From assembly GCA_045592785.1 (NCBI GenBank), contig JAZNVL010000038.1, forward strand, positions 9,836 through 73,835: a DNA stretch of 64,000 nt. Reading direction: 5' to 3'. Origin of the DNA: Victivallales bacterium (GTDB taxonomy: Bacteria > Verrucomicrobiota > Lentisphaeria > Victivallales > UBA1829). A program made the position numbers and the translations under genes. How positions within the stretch are numbered: the first letter of the stretch is position 1; each line of letters starts with the position of its first letter. Below the pieces are notes generated by a model. It had not been told where the DNA came from. It saw nothing but the letters and a program-made list of their open reading frames with translations, and searched no databases. Below are positions 20,377 through 29,524 of this stretch, in pieces.

Positions 20377-21168
20377 TCAGCGGTCTGCGGTGATGACTTC
20401 CACGATCTCATCCAGACCGCGGAAGATCATATCCGGTTGATATGCGAACCGTGCCACATCTTCCAGCGCGGTCACACCGCTCAATACCAACGCCGTGTCA
20501 ACGGCGGCTTCCACACCGGCAAGAATATCGGTATCCATCCGGTCGCCGATGATCAGCGTATCCATACTTTTCATGCCGATTCGTTTGACGGCGTGACGCA
20601 TCATTATGGGGTTTGGTTTCCCCGGGAAATAAGGTTTGACTCCGGTGGAGAGTTCGATGGGCGCGATCAATGCACCGGTGGCGGGAACGATCCCCACTTC
20701 GGTCGGACCGGTGAGGTCCGGATTGCAGCCGATGAGCTTTGCGCCTTTCTGCACCAGCAGTCCGGCTTTTTCGATCCGTTCGTAACTGTAGGTACGGGTT
20801 TCGCCCACCACCACATAATCCGGGTTGGTATCATTCATGGTGATGCCCCGTTCATACAGCGCGTTATAAAGTCCGGCTTCTCCGATAACGTATGCGGAAC
20901 ACCCCGGTTTCTGCCGGGAGAGGAATTCGGCGGTCGCCAGTGCGCTGGTATAGAAATGTGTTTCATCCACATCCAGCCCGAGCCGTTTGAGTTTTTCCTG
21001 CAGTTCCCTGGGAGTGCGTTCACTGGAATTGGTCAGAAAGAGAAAACTTTTTCCGTGATCATTGAGCCATTTTACGAAATCGGTGGCGCCGGGCAGCAGT
21101 CGGTTCCCGTGGTAAATGACACCGTCCATATCCATAATGAATCCGGCTTTGTCCTGAATGCGAATCAT
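20377..21168 (-). CDS. HAD-IIA family hydrolase (NagD-like sugar phosphatase)
   Basis: FIMDMDGVIYHG (DxDG), LTNSS and IGDRMDTDI motifs. The start was set at ATG 21168 after AAGGAG. Confidence 0.85.
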   Translation of the reverse strand: MIRIQDKAGFIMDMDGVIYHGNRLLPGATDFVKWLNDHGKSFLFLTNSSERTPRELQEKLKRLGLDVDETHFYTSALATAEFLSRQKPGCSAYVIGEAGLYNALYERGITMNDTNPDYVVVGETRTYSYERIEKAGLLVQKGAKLIGCNPDLTGPTEVGIVPATGALIAPIELSTGVKPYFPGKPNPIMMRHAVKRIGMKSMDTLIIGDRMDTDILAGVEAAVDTALVLSGVTALEDVARFAYQPDMIFRGLDEIVEVITADR

Positions 21169-21381
21169 AATGTTGATCTCCTTTGTTGTATAATCCATAA
21201 AAATAATGTACATCAGAAAGGGGCAAAAAGCAAGCGTACTATGACAGAAAAGGAGAAAAAACAAAAAAAATCAAAAAAAATTAAAAAAGGTGTAAGATTT
21301 GTAAGTATATTATAACTAAAATGATGAGTAAATATTATGTAGTTTCTGCGTTCAAAAATCAGAGAAAAATCGAAAAAAATC

Positions 21382-21409
21382 TTGCAAAATTGAGAAACTG
21401 GTGTATATT
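21382..21409 (+). promoter_or_regulatory. sigma-70-type promoter candidate, TTGCAA-N16-TATATT(AC)
   Basis: TTGCAA at 21382-21387 and TATATT at 21404-21409, ~45 nt upstream of the HU/IHF start. Confidence 0.5.
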
Positions 21410-21454
21410 ACAATGAGCATACAATTAACCTTAAACCTCGGAAGGATCAAGAAA

Positions 21455-21742
21455 ATGTCTCTTACAAAACGTGAGATTGCGAAAAAGGTCGCAGAAAAAA
21501 TTGGAGCAACGCAAACCGACGCAGCCGCCGCCGTTCAGGCAACATTCGACATCATGGTCGAAGAACTGAAGAACTGTGGACACATCGAACTTCGTGGATT
21601 TGGTGTCTTCGAAATCAAAACCCGCAAAGCGTGCATTGGCCGTAATCCCAAGAAGCCCGATGATGTCGTTCAGATCCCTGCCCGCAAGATCGTGAAATTC
21701 CGCGCAGGCAAAGAACTGGCGGCTGTTTTGGAAAACGCCTGA
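21455..21742 (+). CDS. HU/IHF family DNA-binding protein
   Basis: ELRGFGVFEIKTRKACIGRNPKKPDDVVQIPARKIVKFRAGKEL is the typical HU/IHF arm. The start was set at ATG 21455 after GGAAGGA. Confidence 0.9.
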   Translation: MSLTKREIAKKVAEKIGATQTDAAAAVQATFDIMVEELKNCGHIELRGFGVFEIKTRKACIGRNPKKPDDVVQIPARKIVKFRAGKELAAVLENA

Positions 21743-21781
21743 TATACAGGTTGTATGCGAACCCTGTGAAGGGTATGAGTG

Positions 21782-21811
21782 ACGGCAGGTCTCCCTGCCG
21801 TTATTTTTTTT
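21782..21811 (+). terminator. rho-independent terminator
   Basis: An 8-bp stem (ACGGCAGG / CCTGCCGT) with a TCTC loop, followed by TA plus a T8 run. Confidence 0.8.
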
Positions 21812-21825
21812 ACGGAGCATAATGT

Positions 21826-22782
21826 ATGAGCAAGAAAAAGAAAGAAATGCCCAAGCTTCTGATTTGGATACAGTATAGCCTTTTCCTCGTCGGGATCGGG
21901 ATCATTCGTGCACTTCCGTTGTCCGTCGCCTATGCCGTCGGAAAATGCGTCGCTTCTCTGTTGTTCGTTGTTGACCGGAAACATGCGGGCCGTGCCGTGC
22001 GGCACGTCCTGCACAGCGGGATCCGTACCAATCGCCGTGATGCACGCAAATTGGCGTATGCTTCCTTTATCCACATGATCAAAGTCTTCGTTGAGATCGT
22101 GAAGTTTGACCAGATCGTCAATAAGGATAATATCCACGAATACATCAAAGTCGCTTCCGATTCTTGCAGCAGAAAAATGCTGTCTCCCGAATCCACCTGT
22201 CAGATCATTCTTGCCACCGGACACCTGGGCAACTGGGAACTCGCCGGCGGTACACACAGCGAATTGACCGGATTGCCCATGACATCCATTATGCGCCCCC
22301 TTGCCAACTACAAGATCGGTGAATATTTTTACCGGAAACGCAGCTCGTTCCAGCATACCACGTTCTCCAAGGAAAAAGGTTTGCGTCCCTTCTTTGCCGC
22401 TGAAAAAGCAGGGGGGACCCTTGCGATCGTGGCGGATCAGCATGCGACTTCAAAGGAAGGCATTGAGGTCACATTCTTCGGGCATCCTGCCCGTGCTCAT
22501 GCAACGCCCGCTCTGCTTCATTTGAAGTCGGGTATTCCCATCGCCATGCCCTACCTTATCCGCAAAGACGACAAGTTCCACTTTGAATATCATTGCGAAG
22601 AACCTTTTGTTTACGTTCCCACCGGGGATAAACAGCAGGATGTCAAGAACATCGTTCAGATGTATACCGATAGGATCGAAAAAGCTGTACGGCGTTTTCC
22701 GGAACAATGGCTCTGGTCGCACCGTCGCTGGCTCGATTGCAACCGCGGTGTATATAAACCCACAACGCAAGAAGGTGAATGA
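21826..22782 (+). CDS. lysophospholipid/lipid A late acyltransferase (LpxL/HtrB family)
   Basis: N-terminal TM segment, an HLGNWELAG (Hx4E/D) catalytic motif, and a family-typical C-terminus (FPEQWLWSHRRW). Confidence 0.8.
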   Translation: MSKKKKEMPKLLIWIQYSLFLVGIGIIRALPLSVAYAVGKCVASLLFVVDRKHAGRAVRHVLHSGIRTNRRDARKLAYASFIHMIKVFVEIVKFDQIVNKDNIHEYIKVASDSCSRKMLSPESTCQIILATGHLGNWELAGGTHSELTGLPMTSIMRPLANYKIGEYFYRKRSSFQHTTFSKEKGLRPFFAAEKAGGTLAIVADQHATSKEGIEVTFFGHPARAHATPALLHLKSGIPIAMPYLIRKDDKFHFEYHCEEPFVYVPTGDKQQDVKNIVQMYTDRIEKAVRRFPEQWLWSHRRWLDCNRGVYKPTTQEGE

Positions 22783-22785
22783 GCT

Positions 22786-23496
22786 ATGAATATTCAACCT
22801 GTGCAGAATCTTCCCGCCGACCGTATCCTGGTTTCTCCGTCTGTTCTCGCTGCTGATTTTTCCGCACTGGGGGATGAACTCCAGCGTGTGGAAAAAGGCG
22901 GTGCCGATTTGATCCACCTGGACGTCATGGACGGACATTTTGTTCCGAATCTCACCATCGGGCCCGCGCTGATCGCTTCGCTCCGCAAGAAATGTACGAT
23001 CCCGTTTGATGTACACCTGATGATTACCAATCCCCTGCGTTATGTGGAAGCATTCGCAAAAGCGGGTGCCGACCATATCACGTTCCATATCGAAGCCGAT
23101 GATGATCCCGTGAAGACCATCGAAGCAATCCACAATGCCGGCCTTTCCGCCGGGATCACGTTGAAACCCGGAACGCCCGCCTCCGCCCTCAAGCCGGTGA
23201 TCGGTATGGTGGAAATGGTGTTGATCATGACAGTGGAACCCGGATTCGGCGGACAATCCTTCATGGCGGATCAGGTCGCAAAAGCCGCAGAGATCCGGCA
23301 GATGCTTGCCGAGGCCGGGCATACCGCTCACATCGAAGCCGATGGCGGTGTCAATGGCGAAAACGCGGTCATGCTGGCGAAGGCGGGCGTGAATATCCTC
23401 GTCGCAGGTACCAGTGTGTTCCGGCATCCGCAGGGTGCGGCATTTGCCATTGACGGACTTCATCAGGCTTCTCAATATCTCCCCTGCAATGCGTGA
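22786..23496 (+). CDS. rpe: ribulose-phosphate 3-epimerase
   Basis: SPSVLAADFSALGDEL...ADLIHLDVMDGHFVPNLTIGP and MTVEPGFGGQSF motifs. Confidence 0.94.
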   Translation: MNIQPVQNLPADRILVSPSVLAADFSALGDELQRVEKGGADLIHLDVMDGHFVPNLTIGPALIASLRKKCTIPFDVHLMITNPLRYVEAFAKAGADHITFHIEADDDPVKTIEAIHNAGLSAGITLKPGTPASALKPVIGMVEMVLIMTVEPGFGGQSFMADQVAKAAEIRQMLAEAGHTAHIEADGGVNGENAVMLAKAGVNILVAGTSVFRHPQGAAFAIDGLHQASQYLPCNA

Positions 23497-25210
23497 ACTG
23501 CATTTCTTCGCCGATGATCTGACAAAACGGTACGGACACGCTCTTTACCGTATCGGACTTGACAGCGGTTTCTCCTGTCCGCACCGTTCTTCCGACGGTC
23601 GCGGCGGGTGCGTATTCTGTTCCATAGACGGCAGCCGTTCCGCTCATTTGCAGCCGGGTATGTCCATTGAGGAACAAGTTGCCGCCGGACTTCATTATGT
23701 CACGCACCGTTATCATGCGGAGCCGCCGTATATTGCCTATTTTCAAGCGTTCACTGTGACCAATGCTCCGGTGGAGGCTTTGCGTGAACTCTTTGACCGG
23801 ACCATGTCGCTCGCCGATTTCAAGGTGATGATCCTGGCGACACGCCCGGATTGTCTCCCCGAAGATGTGGTGGACCTGCTTGCTGAATGGAATCAGAAAA
23901 CGGAACTCTGGGTGGAACTGGGCGTGCAGTCTGCCAATGATGTCACGTTGAAAAAGATCAATCGCGGACACGATGCCGCCTGCGCCGCCGATGCCGTGAA
24001 ACGCCTTGCCGCCAGAGGGATCCGGACCGCCGCACATCTGATCCTCGGTCTGCCCGGTGAGACCATGGAAGACGAGGCCCGGACAGCCGACTGGGTCGCC
24101 GCGCTGCCTTTTTCCGCCGTGAAAGTACACAATCTTCTGGTGCTGAAAAATACGAAACTGGCAGACATGTATCATGCCGGAGAAGTCATCCCGTTGAATG
24201 AATATGAATACGCCGCCCGGCTGAAAGCTCTTCTGACACGTTTACCGGAACATCTTTTGCTGATGCGTCTTTCGGCGGAAGCGCAGCCCCGGGAGATCAT
24301 CGCGCCCAAATGGTGGATGAAAAAGGGGCAGTTCCTGGAATTTTTCCGGCAATCCTTCGACAGTGATGCCCCCGACAGCCGGTTCCTGCCCATCCGCACG
24401 GAAGACGGTTCTTATACCTTGTATCATCCGGCATACCGCCAGCATTTTCATTCCCTTGCCGGTGCTTTGGAGGAATCCACCAGAAAATATCTGGTCCCGG
24501 CGGAACTGGAACGTTTGCTGCGTACCCGGGAAACAGTACGCCTGCTGGATGTAGGCTTCGGTCTCGGATTCAATGCGGCAAGTGCCGTCCGACTGGCGGA
24601 ATCCTGCCGTGCCGGGAAATTGGAGATCACCTCCCTCGAATTTGATCCGGAAGTCCTTCCTGCGGCACAAATGCTTCCGGAACATCCCATGCCGTCATTC
24701 ATCCGTGCTTTACAGGAACGTGGGGAATATGAATCGGAGTTCTGCCACGCGCGTATTCTTTTCGGAGATGCCCGGAAAACGCTTCCGGGGCTTGCCGCCG
24801 GATTCGACCGTGCGTTTCTGGACGGCTTTTCCCCGGATGCCAATCCGGAACTCTGGACCATTGATTTTATCCGGACCATCAAAGAAAAACTTACATCCGA
24901 CGGCATGATCCTGGCGTATTCTTCGGCGTATCCTGTGATCGGAGCTTTCCTGGAACTGGGATTCGATCTGCGCCTTTCCGAGCCGTTCGGAAGAAAACGG
25001 CACGGGCTTGCCGCCTGTCTTGCGGATCCCCCGGGAACATTGGAGCTGCTCTCTGAAAAAGACCGCAATATCGCCACGCTTTCCACCGCCGGGATCCCCT
25101 GGCGTGATCCGGCACTTGACCGTACCCGGGATGCGATCCGGCAGGCGAAAACGGAGGAAACGCATCAACGCCGTGCAGAAGGAATGCCGAAATGGTACAA
25201 GCCCGGCTGA
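23489..25210 (+). CDS. fusion protein: TIGR01212-type radical SAM domain plus MnmC/MnmD-type SAM-dependent methyltransferase domain
   Basis: The N-terminal half (GFSCPHRSSDGRGGCVFCS...) resembles the YhcC/TIGR01212 family. The C-terminal half has LLDVGFGLGFNA and FLDGFSPDANPELWT, as in the MnmC methyltransferase domain. The ATG at 23489 overlaps the rpe stop (ATGCGTGA). Confidence 0.8.
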   Translation: MRELHFFADDLTKRYGHALYRIGLDSGFSCPHRSSDGRGGCVFCSIDGSRSAHLQPGMSIEEQVAAGLHYVTHRYHAEPPYIAYFQAFTVTNAPVEALRELFDRTMSLADFKVMILATRPDCLPEDVVDLLAEWNQKTELWVELGVQSANDVTLKKINRGHDAACAADAVKRLAARGIRTAAHLILGLPGETMEDEARTADWVAALPFSAVKVHNLLVLKNTKLADMYHAGEVIPLNEYEYAARLKALLTRLPEHLLLMRLSAEAQPREIIAPKWWMKKGQFLEFFRQSFDSDAPDSRFLPIRTEDGSYTLYHPAYRQHFHSLAGALEESTRKYLVPAELERLLRTRETVRLLDVGFGLGFNAASAVRLAESCRAGKLEITSLEFDPEVLPAAQMLPEHPMPSFIRALQERGEYESEFCHARILFGDARKTLPGLAAGFDRAFLDGFSPDANPELWTIDFIRTIKEKLTSDGMILAYSSAYPVIGAFLELGFDLRLSEPFGRKRHGLAACLADPPGTLELLSEKDRNIATLSTAGIPWRDPALDRTRDAIRQAKTEETHQRRAEGMPKWYKPG

Positions 25211-25947
25211 TTCTGGATCTTGGAACCGAAATCGTGGAATGTGCGGTGAAACGTTCCCCCCGCGCCCGGTATCTGCGGTTGAAGATCCAGCCGTCCGGCG
25301 AGGTATCCCTGACGATCCCTTACGGTGTCACTCTTACCGAAGCGGAAGCCTTCCTTCAGCGGCAGACAGCCTGGCTGCGCCGGAATCTCATTGAGGTGCG
25401 CCGCCGGAAACGGGAACAGCGTTATTCGCCCGCCGATTACTTTACACAGCCCTTGACCTTATCCTTTTTTGATAAAACCTTCTCTGTTGTTTATGAGTGG
25501 AAACCGGTTTCCTGGACCGGGGCACGATTTGCGATGGAGGAACAGAAACTGATCTTCTCCGGACAAGTGCTGGACCCCATCGGGATCCGGGATGCCTTTG
25601 CACAGTTGATCCTCCGGACTGCACAGCAGGAATTCAGTGTGATGCTTGCCCGTCTTTCGGAACAATGCGGCATTCCCTGCGGAAAAGTCTCCTGCCGTAT
25701 GCAGACACGCCGCTGGGGCAGCTGTTCTTCCAACGGAAACATCTCGCTCAATGCCCAGTTATTGTTCTACCCGGCGGAATGTGCGGAGTACGTCATGGTC
25801 CATGAATTGTGTCATTTGCTCCACATGGATCATTCCCCTGCGTTCTGGGAGGAAGTCGCCCGGTTCATCCCGGACTGGAAAGCGCGGCGCAGTCAGTTGA
25901 ACCGTCTTTCCCGGAAACTTCCTGCGTACTTGCGTCACCTCAAATGA
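25192..25947 (+). CDS. YgjP/DUF45-type (SprT-like) zinc metallohydrolase
   Basis: HELCHLLHMDHSPAFW (HExxH) near the C-terminus, with family-typical length and N-terminus. It overlaps the upstream gene by 19 nt. Confidence 0.8.
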   Translation: MVQARLILDLGTEIVECAVKRSPRARYLRLKIQPSGEVSLTIPYGVTLTEAEAFLQRQTAWLRRNLIEVRRRKREQRYSPADYFTQPLTLSFFDKTFSVVYEWKPVSWTGARFAMEEQKLIFSGQVLDPIGIRDAFAQLILRTAQQEFSVMLARLSEQCGIPCGKVSCRMQTRRWGSCSSNGNISLNAQLLFYPAECAEYVMVHELCHLLHMDHSPAFWEEVARFIPDWKARRSQLNRLSRKLPAYLRHLK

Positions 25948-25948
25948 A

Positions 25949-27196
25949 TCACTCCATGACCGGAGTTTCTGCTTGTGTTTTCGCCAGTTCCGCGGCTTTT
26001 CTTTCGGCTTCTTTTTCTTCCTGATACGCCTTTTTTTCATCGGCGCAGAATTTATGGAATCGCGCCTGTTCCTCTCTGGAACAGCGCAGATTGCGCCGGG
26101 CAACATTGTTCAAAAAGTTATTCTGTTCTTTCGTGTTTTCTTTCCGGACGAGATAACGCAGTACAACGTACATGGACTTCATCCGTTCACTGCGGCTTAT
26201 GCTGTTGTCGAAAATGATCCGGCGGTGGAGATTATAGATTTCGTCTTCCCGGTTCAGTTTTTCGGCATTTTTGATCATCCGTTTGAGGATGCGCAGACAC
26301 TGTGCCCGGTTCAGCCCATTCAGCTTGGAAGCCTGATCGAGCAGTCTCCGTTCTTCGTCATGCCGGGAGAACCGGTTGGCATAATCCGCCATGATGACAT
26401 AGATATCGGCTTTACATTCCTGGGGGATCCGTTTATCCCGGAGGAATTCTTCCACTTTTTTCCGTGTTTTCTGCTCATTGGGCTTCCAGGTCTCTGCGTA
26501 TTGATCGGTGATCTCCACGGCACAGAGACCACGTTCCAGATTGGATATATCGGGCGAGTTAAAGATCTCCCAGAGGATCTGGTCTGCCAGCGCGGGGTGT
26601 TTGGTCGCACGCAAAATACGGGATGCACCATACTTCGCCCGCAGTTCGGATTGCATGGGCAGGGAATGTTCCCGCAGGATCTTCAAGTATAATTCCTTGG
26701 CAAGTTCCCAGTTTGTCGGGGTCTCCTCTTCAATATCAAGGAGCAGGGAATGATAGGTTTCGCCCGCCTGCTGGAATTTATCCAGTTCTTCCAACGCCAC
26801 AGCTTTCTGCATGATGAACATGCGGCGGCCGGGGAGTTTTTCCGGCAGGATTTTCAACGCTTCATCGCAGATGGCGAGCCGCACTTTCGGCGGCTTTTTT
26901 GCATTGATGCGGAAAATGGCGGCATAGGCATCGGCTTTGACTTCCACCGGAGCATCGGGCATATCGACCAGCGCACAATAATGTTTTTCGGCGGTCTTTT
27001 TATCATTTTTGAGCAGCGCGAGACGCGCCAGAAGTTTTGTTTTTTCGAGTCCGTCGGGGAGTTTCTCCTCCAACATTTTTTCGGCGGAAACAATATCGTT
27101 CCGGAGCAAAGCACCTTCGATTTCAGCGACCGCATCGGGCGTCGGCTGTGTTGCAGTCATAAACGGAATAAGCAGAATCAGAAAGAAAGAATTCAT
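25949..27196 (-). CDS. hypothetical signal-peptide protein with a helical-repeat (TPR-like) body and a K/E-rich tail (415 aa)
   Basis: MNSFFLILLIPFMTATQ N-terminus. Its ATG overlaps the TGA of the hypF-like gene (ATGA at 27193-27196). No family recognised. Confidence 0.7.
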   Translation of the reverse strand: MNSFFLILLIPFMTATQPTPDAVAEIEGALLRNDIVSAEKMLEEKLPDGLEKTKLLARLALLKNDKKTAEKHYCALVDMPDAPVEVKADAYAAIFRINAKKPPKVRLAICDEALKILPEKLPGRRMFIMQKAVALEELDKFQQAGETYHSLLLDIEEETPTNWELAKELYLKILREHSLPMQSELRAKYGASRILRATKHPALADQILWEIFNSPDISNLERGLCAVEITDQYAETWKPNEQKTRKKVEEFLRDKRIPQECKADIYVIMADYANRFSRHDEERRLLDQASKLNGLNRAQCLRILKRMIKNAEKLNREDEIYNLHRRIIFDNSISRSERMKSMYVVLRYLVRKENTKEQNNFLNNVARRNLRCSREEQARFHKFCADEKKAYQEEKEAERKAAELAKTQAETPVME

Positions 27197-29523
27197 CGTG
27201 AGATCCCCGCATGATAGAGTTGTCCGACGGCGATACCGGATCCATCCGCCGGAATGAGTTTATGTTCGAACACGCGGAACCCTGCGTGTTTCAATTTTTC
27301 CACAGTAAGCGATGCCAGGATCTCGTCGATAAAGAGCGGTCCGCATAAGACCACAGCTTTGAGCTTTGATCGTTCCGCACCGCGAATGACCATCTGACAG
27401 GCGGCTTCCGCCACCGCATCGTGAAATGCCAATGCCTGTAATGCGGTATCGGTGCCGCCCATACGAAATCCGGAGTCCGCAAAATTCCGGAATAATCCGT
27501 TCCAGTTCACGGCGAAGAATCCGTCTTCCTGCTCCGTGATCTCCCATTGGAACCGGTCCCGCAGGGAACGGGAAATGGCACCTGCCGGGATTCCCGCTTT
27601 CTGCGCTTCAAAATACAAACGCATCGCCGCCTGACCCGGATAGGCGCAGAAGTCCGGCGCAAGCCCGATGGCAGCCGAAACGGCATCGAACAGCCGCATG
27701 GCGGCGTGTGTCACCGCGAACTTCCCTTTTCTGTCGTAACTGCGTGTCCATTGTTCTGCTTCTTCCGGATGGATATTGCGCGGACGGGTGAACGCTTCGG
27801 ATAACGGGACTCCGGCGGAAAGGAGACGTCCTGCCAGCTGTCTGTTCGGACGAGTCAGTGCATTACCTGCACCGGGGAGTGACTCTGCGGCAAAAGACCC
27901 CAGTCGTTTGAAATTTTCGATCCCGACCTCCAAAAGTTCTGCGCCCCAGTAGTTCCCGTCGGGACCCGGTTCGCCGTTCCCGAAAACAAGAGCCAGAGCC
28001 CGGTCGAGACCGTGTTCCGCCATACACGCCAGAGCTCGGGCGTGATGTGTCTGCACCAGGATCAGCGGGATGGCATATCGATCGGCGAAAGCGGCTGCCG
28101 CTTTTGACGTGTAAAGATCGGGATTCATGTCACAGGCTATGACGTCCGGCGCGGTATCGAACAGCAGAAACATGTGCTGCAACATCTTTTCCAGTTGAGC
28201 CGCACCCGCTTCATTGCGGACATCGCCCAGGTATTGCGAAGGGATCGCATCCTGTCCGGAACCGATGGCGACCGTTGCATTTCTGTCATTGCCGAACGCG
28301 GCGGCATGACGTTCCAGCGGGATCTTAAGTTTGATGGGAGCCGGTACATATCCCCGGGAACGCCGCAGAAGATGAGGACCGTCGGCGCGGCAGACAACGA
28401 CCGATGGCATACAATCGAATCCGGTATGCAGGTCATTGCAGAGGAAGCAGTCCGCCACTTCTTTGAGTTTGTCGAATAATTCATCCAGCGTGGTCCCCAG
28501 AGAGATCGCCATACTGGAAACAAGATACTCAAATGCCGCAGGACCTTCCGGCATAACGTGTTCCATCAGCAGATGAAGCTGTCCGGTCTGGGGCAGACTC
28601 ACGGCAAGGAACGGTCCTTCCGGGCTGACCAGATCCGCCGGGAATACAGAGTCGACGGCATCTTTTTTCCGGAGCAGAAGGGTAGGGGCGGAGGGCGCAG
28701 AAAGAAGAGTTTCCTCTTCCGGAGAAACATGACAGATCTTTTTTGCCAACTCCATATTGCGTACGACGACCCGGAATGGCGCGAAGGGCATTTTTCTGCG
28801 TTTTCGCAATTTGAGAATGGCATCCCGGTCTGTCCCGTTGCAAAGCAGCTGATAGCCGCCGTAGAGCGTTTGCATCGCTATGATCTCACCCGCTGCCAGT
28901 CGTTTCCTCGCTTCACAATAACATTGATGATCGGTCAGCAGTTCCTGTTCACGGTCGAGAAGAAACGCATGGGGCCCGCACTGCGGACAGCAAAGGATAT
29001 CCACGTTGCCGTATACTTTGTGTTTCTGTTCGCTGCTGCATTTCCGGCATGGGGGGAATGCCGTGAAAAGTGTGTTTCTGCGCATTTCACCGGCAGTCTG
29101 TTGGACGGAATAAGCGGCACCGCCGGTGTCACAGGACCAGAAGGGGTAGGCAAAACGTCGTGATTTCGGATCACACATTTCGTCCCGGCATTTTTCGCAG
29201 ATCCCATGATCCGGTCGGATCTCCGGAAAAGTCCGGCGGTCAGAAAGGAGCTTGAAGGGCTGTCTTGTTGCGGGCGGATCTTTTTCCTTCTGATCGATCA
29301 AGCGGATCTCTTTGAGCTGGAACATGGGGTGCATTGCGCCCTGGAGCAGAAATTCGATAAACTTTCGGATGTCATCGGCTTCGCCATCGAGCTGCATGAC
29401 TGCGTGATCTCCGTCCTGTGCGATCCATCCGGAAATCGGATATTGTGCGATCAGCTGCCAAATACGGGGCATGAAACCCGGTTTTTCCGTATCCCCCAGT
29501 AAATGGAAACTGATACTCTGCAT
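27193..29523 (-). CDS. divergent HypF-like carbamoyltransferase (776 aa)
   Basis: HypF-type Cys fingers (CEKCRDEMCDPKSRRFAYPF; CRKC...CCPQCGPH), a YrdC-like block (IIAMQTLYGGYQLLCNG...LRKRRKMPFAPFRVVV), and a Kae1-like C-terminus (VQTHHARALACMAEHG, GNGEPGPDGNYWGAELL). The start was set at ATG 29523 after AAAGGA. Confidence 0.8.
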   Translation of the reverse strand: MQSISFHLLGDTEKPGFMPRIWQLIAQYPISGWIAQDGDHAVMQLDGEADDIRKFIEFLLQGAMHPMFQLKEIRLIDQKEKDPPATRQPFKLLSDRRTFPEIRPDHGICEKCRDEMCDPKSRRFAYPFWSCDTGGAAYSVQQTAGEMRRNTLFTAFPPCRKCSSEQKHKVYGNVDILCCPQCGPHAFLLDREQELLTDHQCYCEARKRLAAGEIIAMQTLYGGYQLLCNGTDRDAILKLRKRRKMPFAPFRVVVRNMELAKKICHVSPEEETLLSAPSAPTLLLRKKDAVDSVFPADLVSPEGPFLAVSLPQTGQLHLLMEHVMPEGPAAFEYLVSSMAISLGTTLDELFDKLKEVADCFLCNDLHTGFDCMPSVVVCRADGPHLLRRSRGYVPAPIKLKIPLERHAAAFGNDRNATVAIGSGQDAIPSQYLGDVRNEAGAAQLEKMLQHMFLLFDTAPDVIACDMNPDLYTSKAAAAFADRYAIPLILVQTHHARALACMAEHGLDRALALVFGNGEPGPDGNYWGAELLEVGIENFKRLGSFAAESLPGAGNALTRPNRQLAGRLLSAGVPLSEAFTRPRNIHPEEAEQWTRSYDRKGKFAVTHAAMRLFDAVSAAIGLAPDFCAYPGQAAMRLYFEAQKAGIPAGAISRSLRDRFQWEITEQEDGFFAVNWNGLFRNFADSGFRMGGTDTALQALAFHDAVAEAACQMVIRGAERSKLKAVVLCGPLFIDEILASLTVEKLKHAGFRVFEHKLIPADGSGIAVGQLYHAGISR

Positions 29524-29524
29524 T

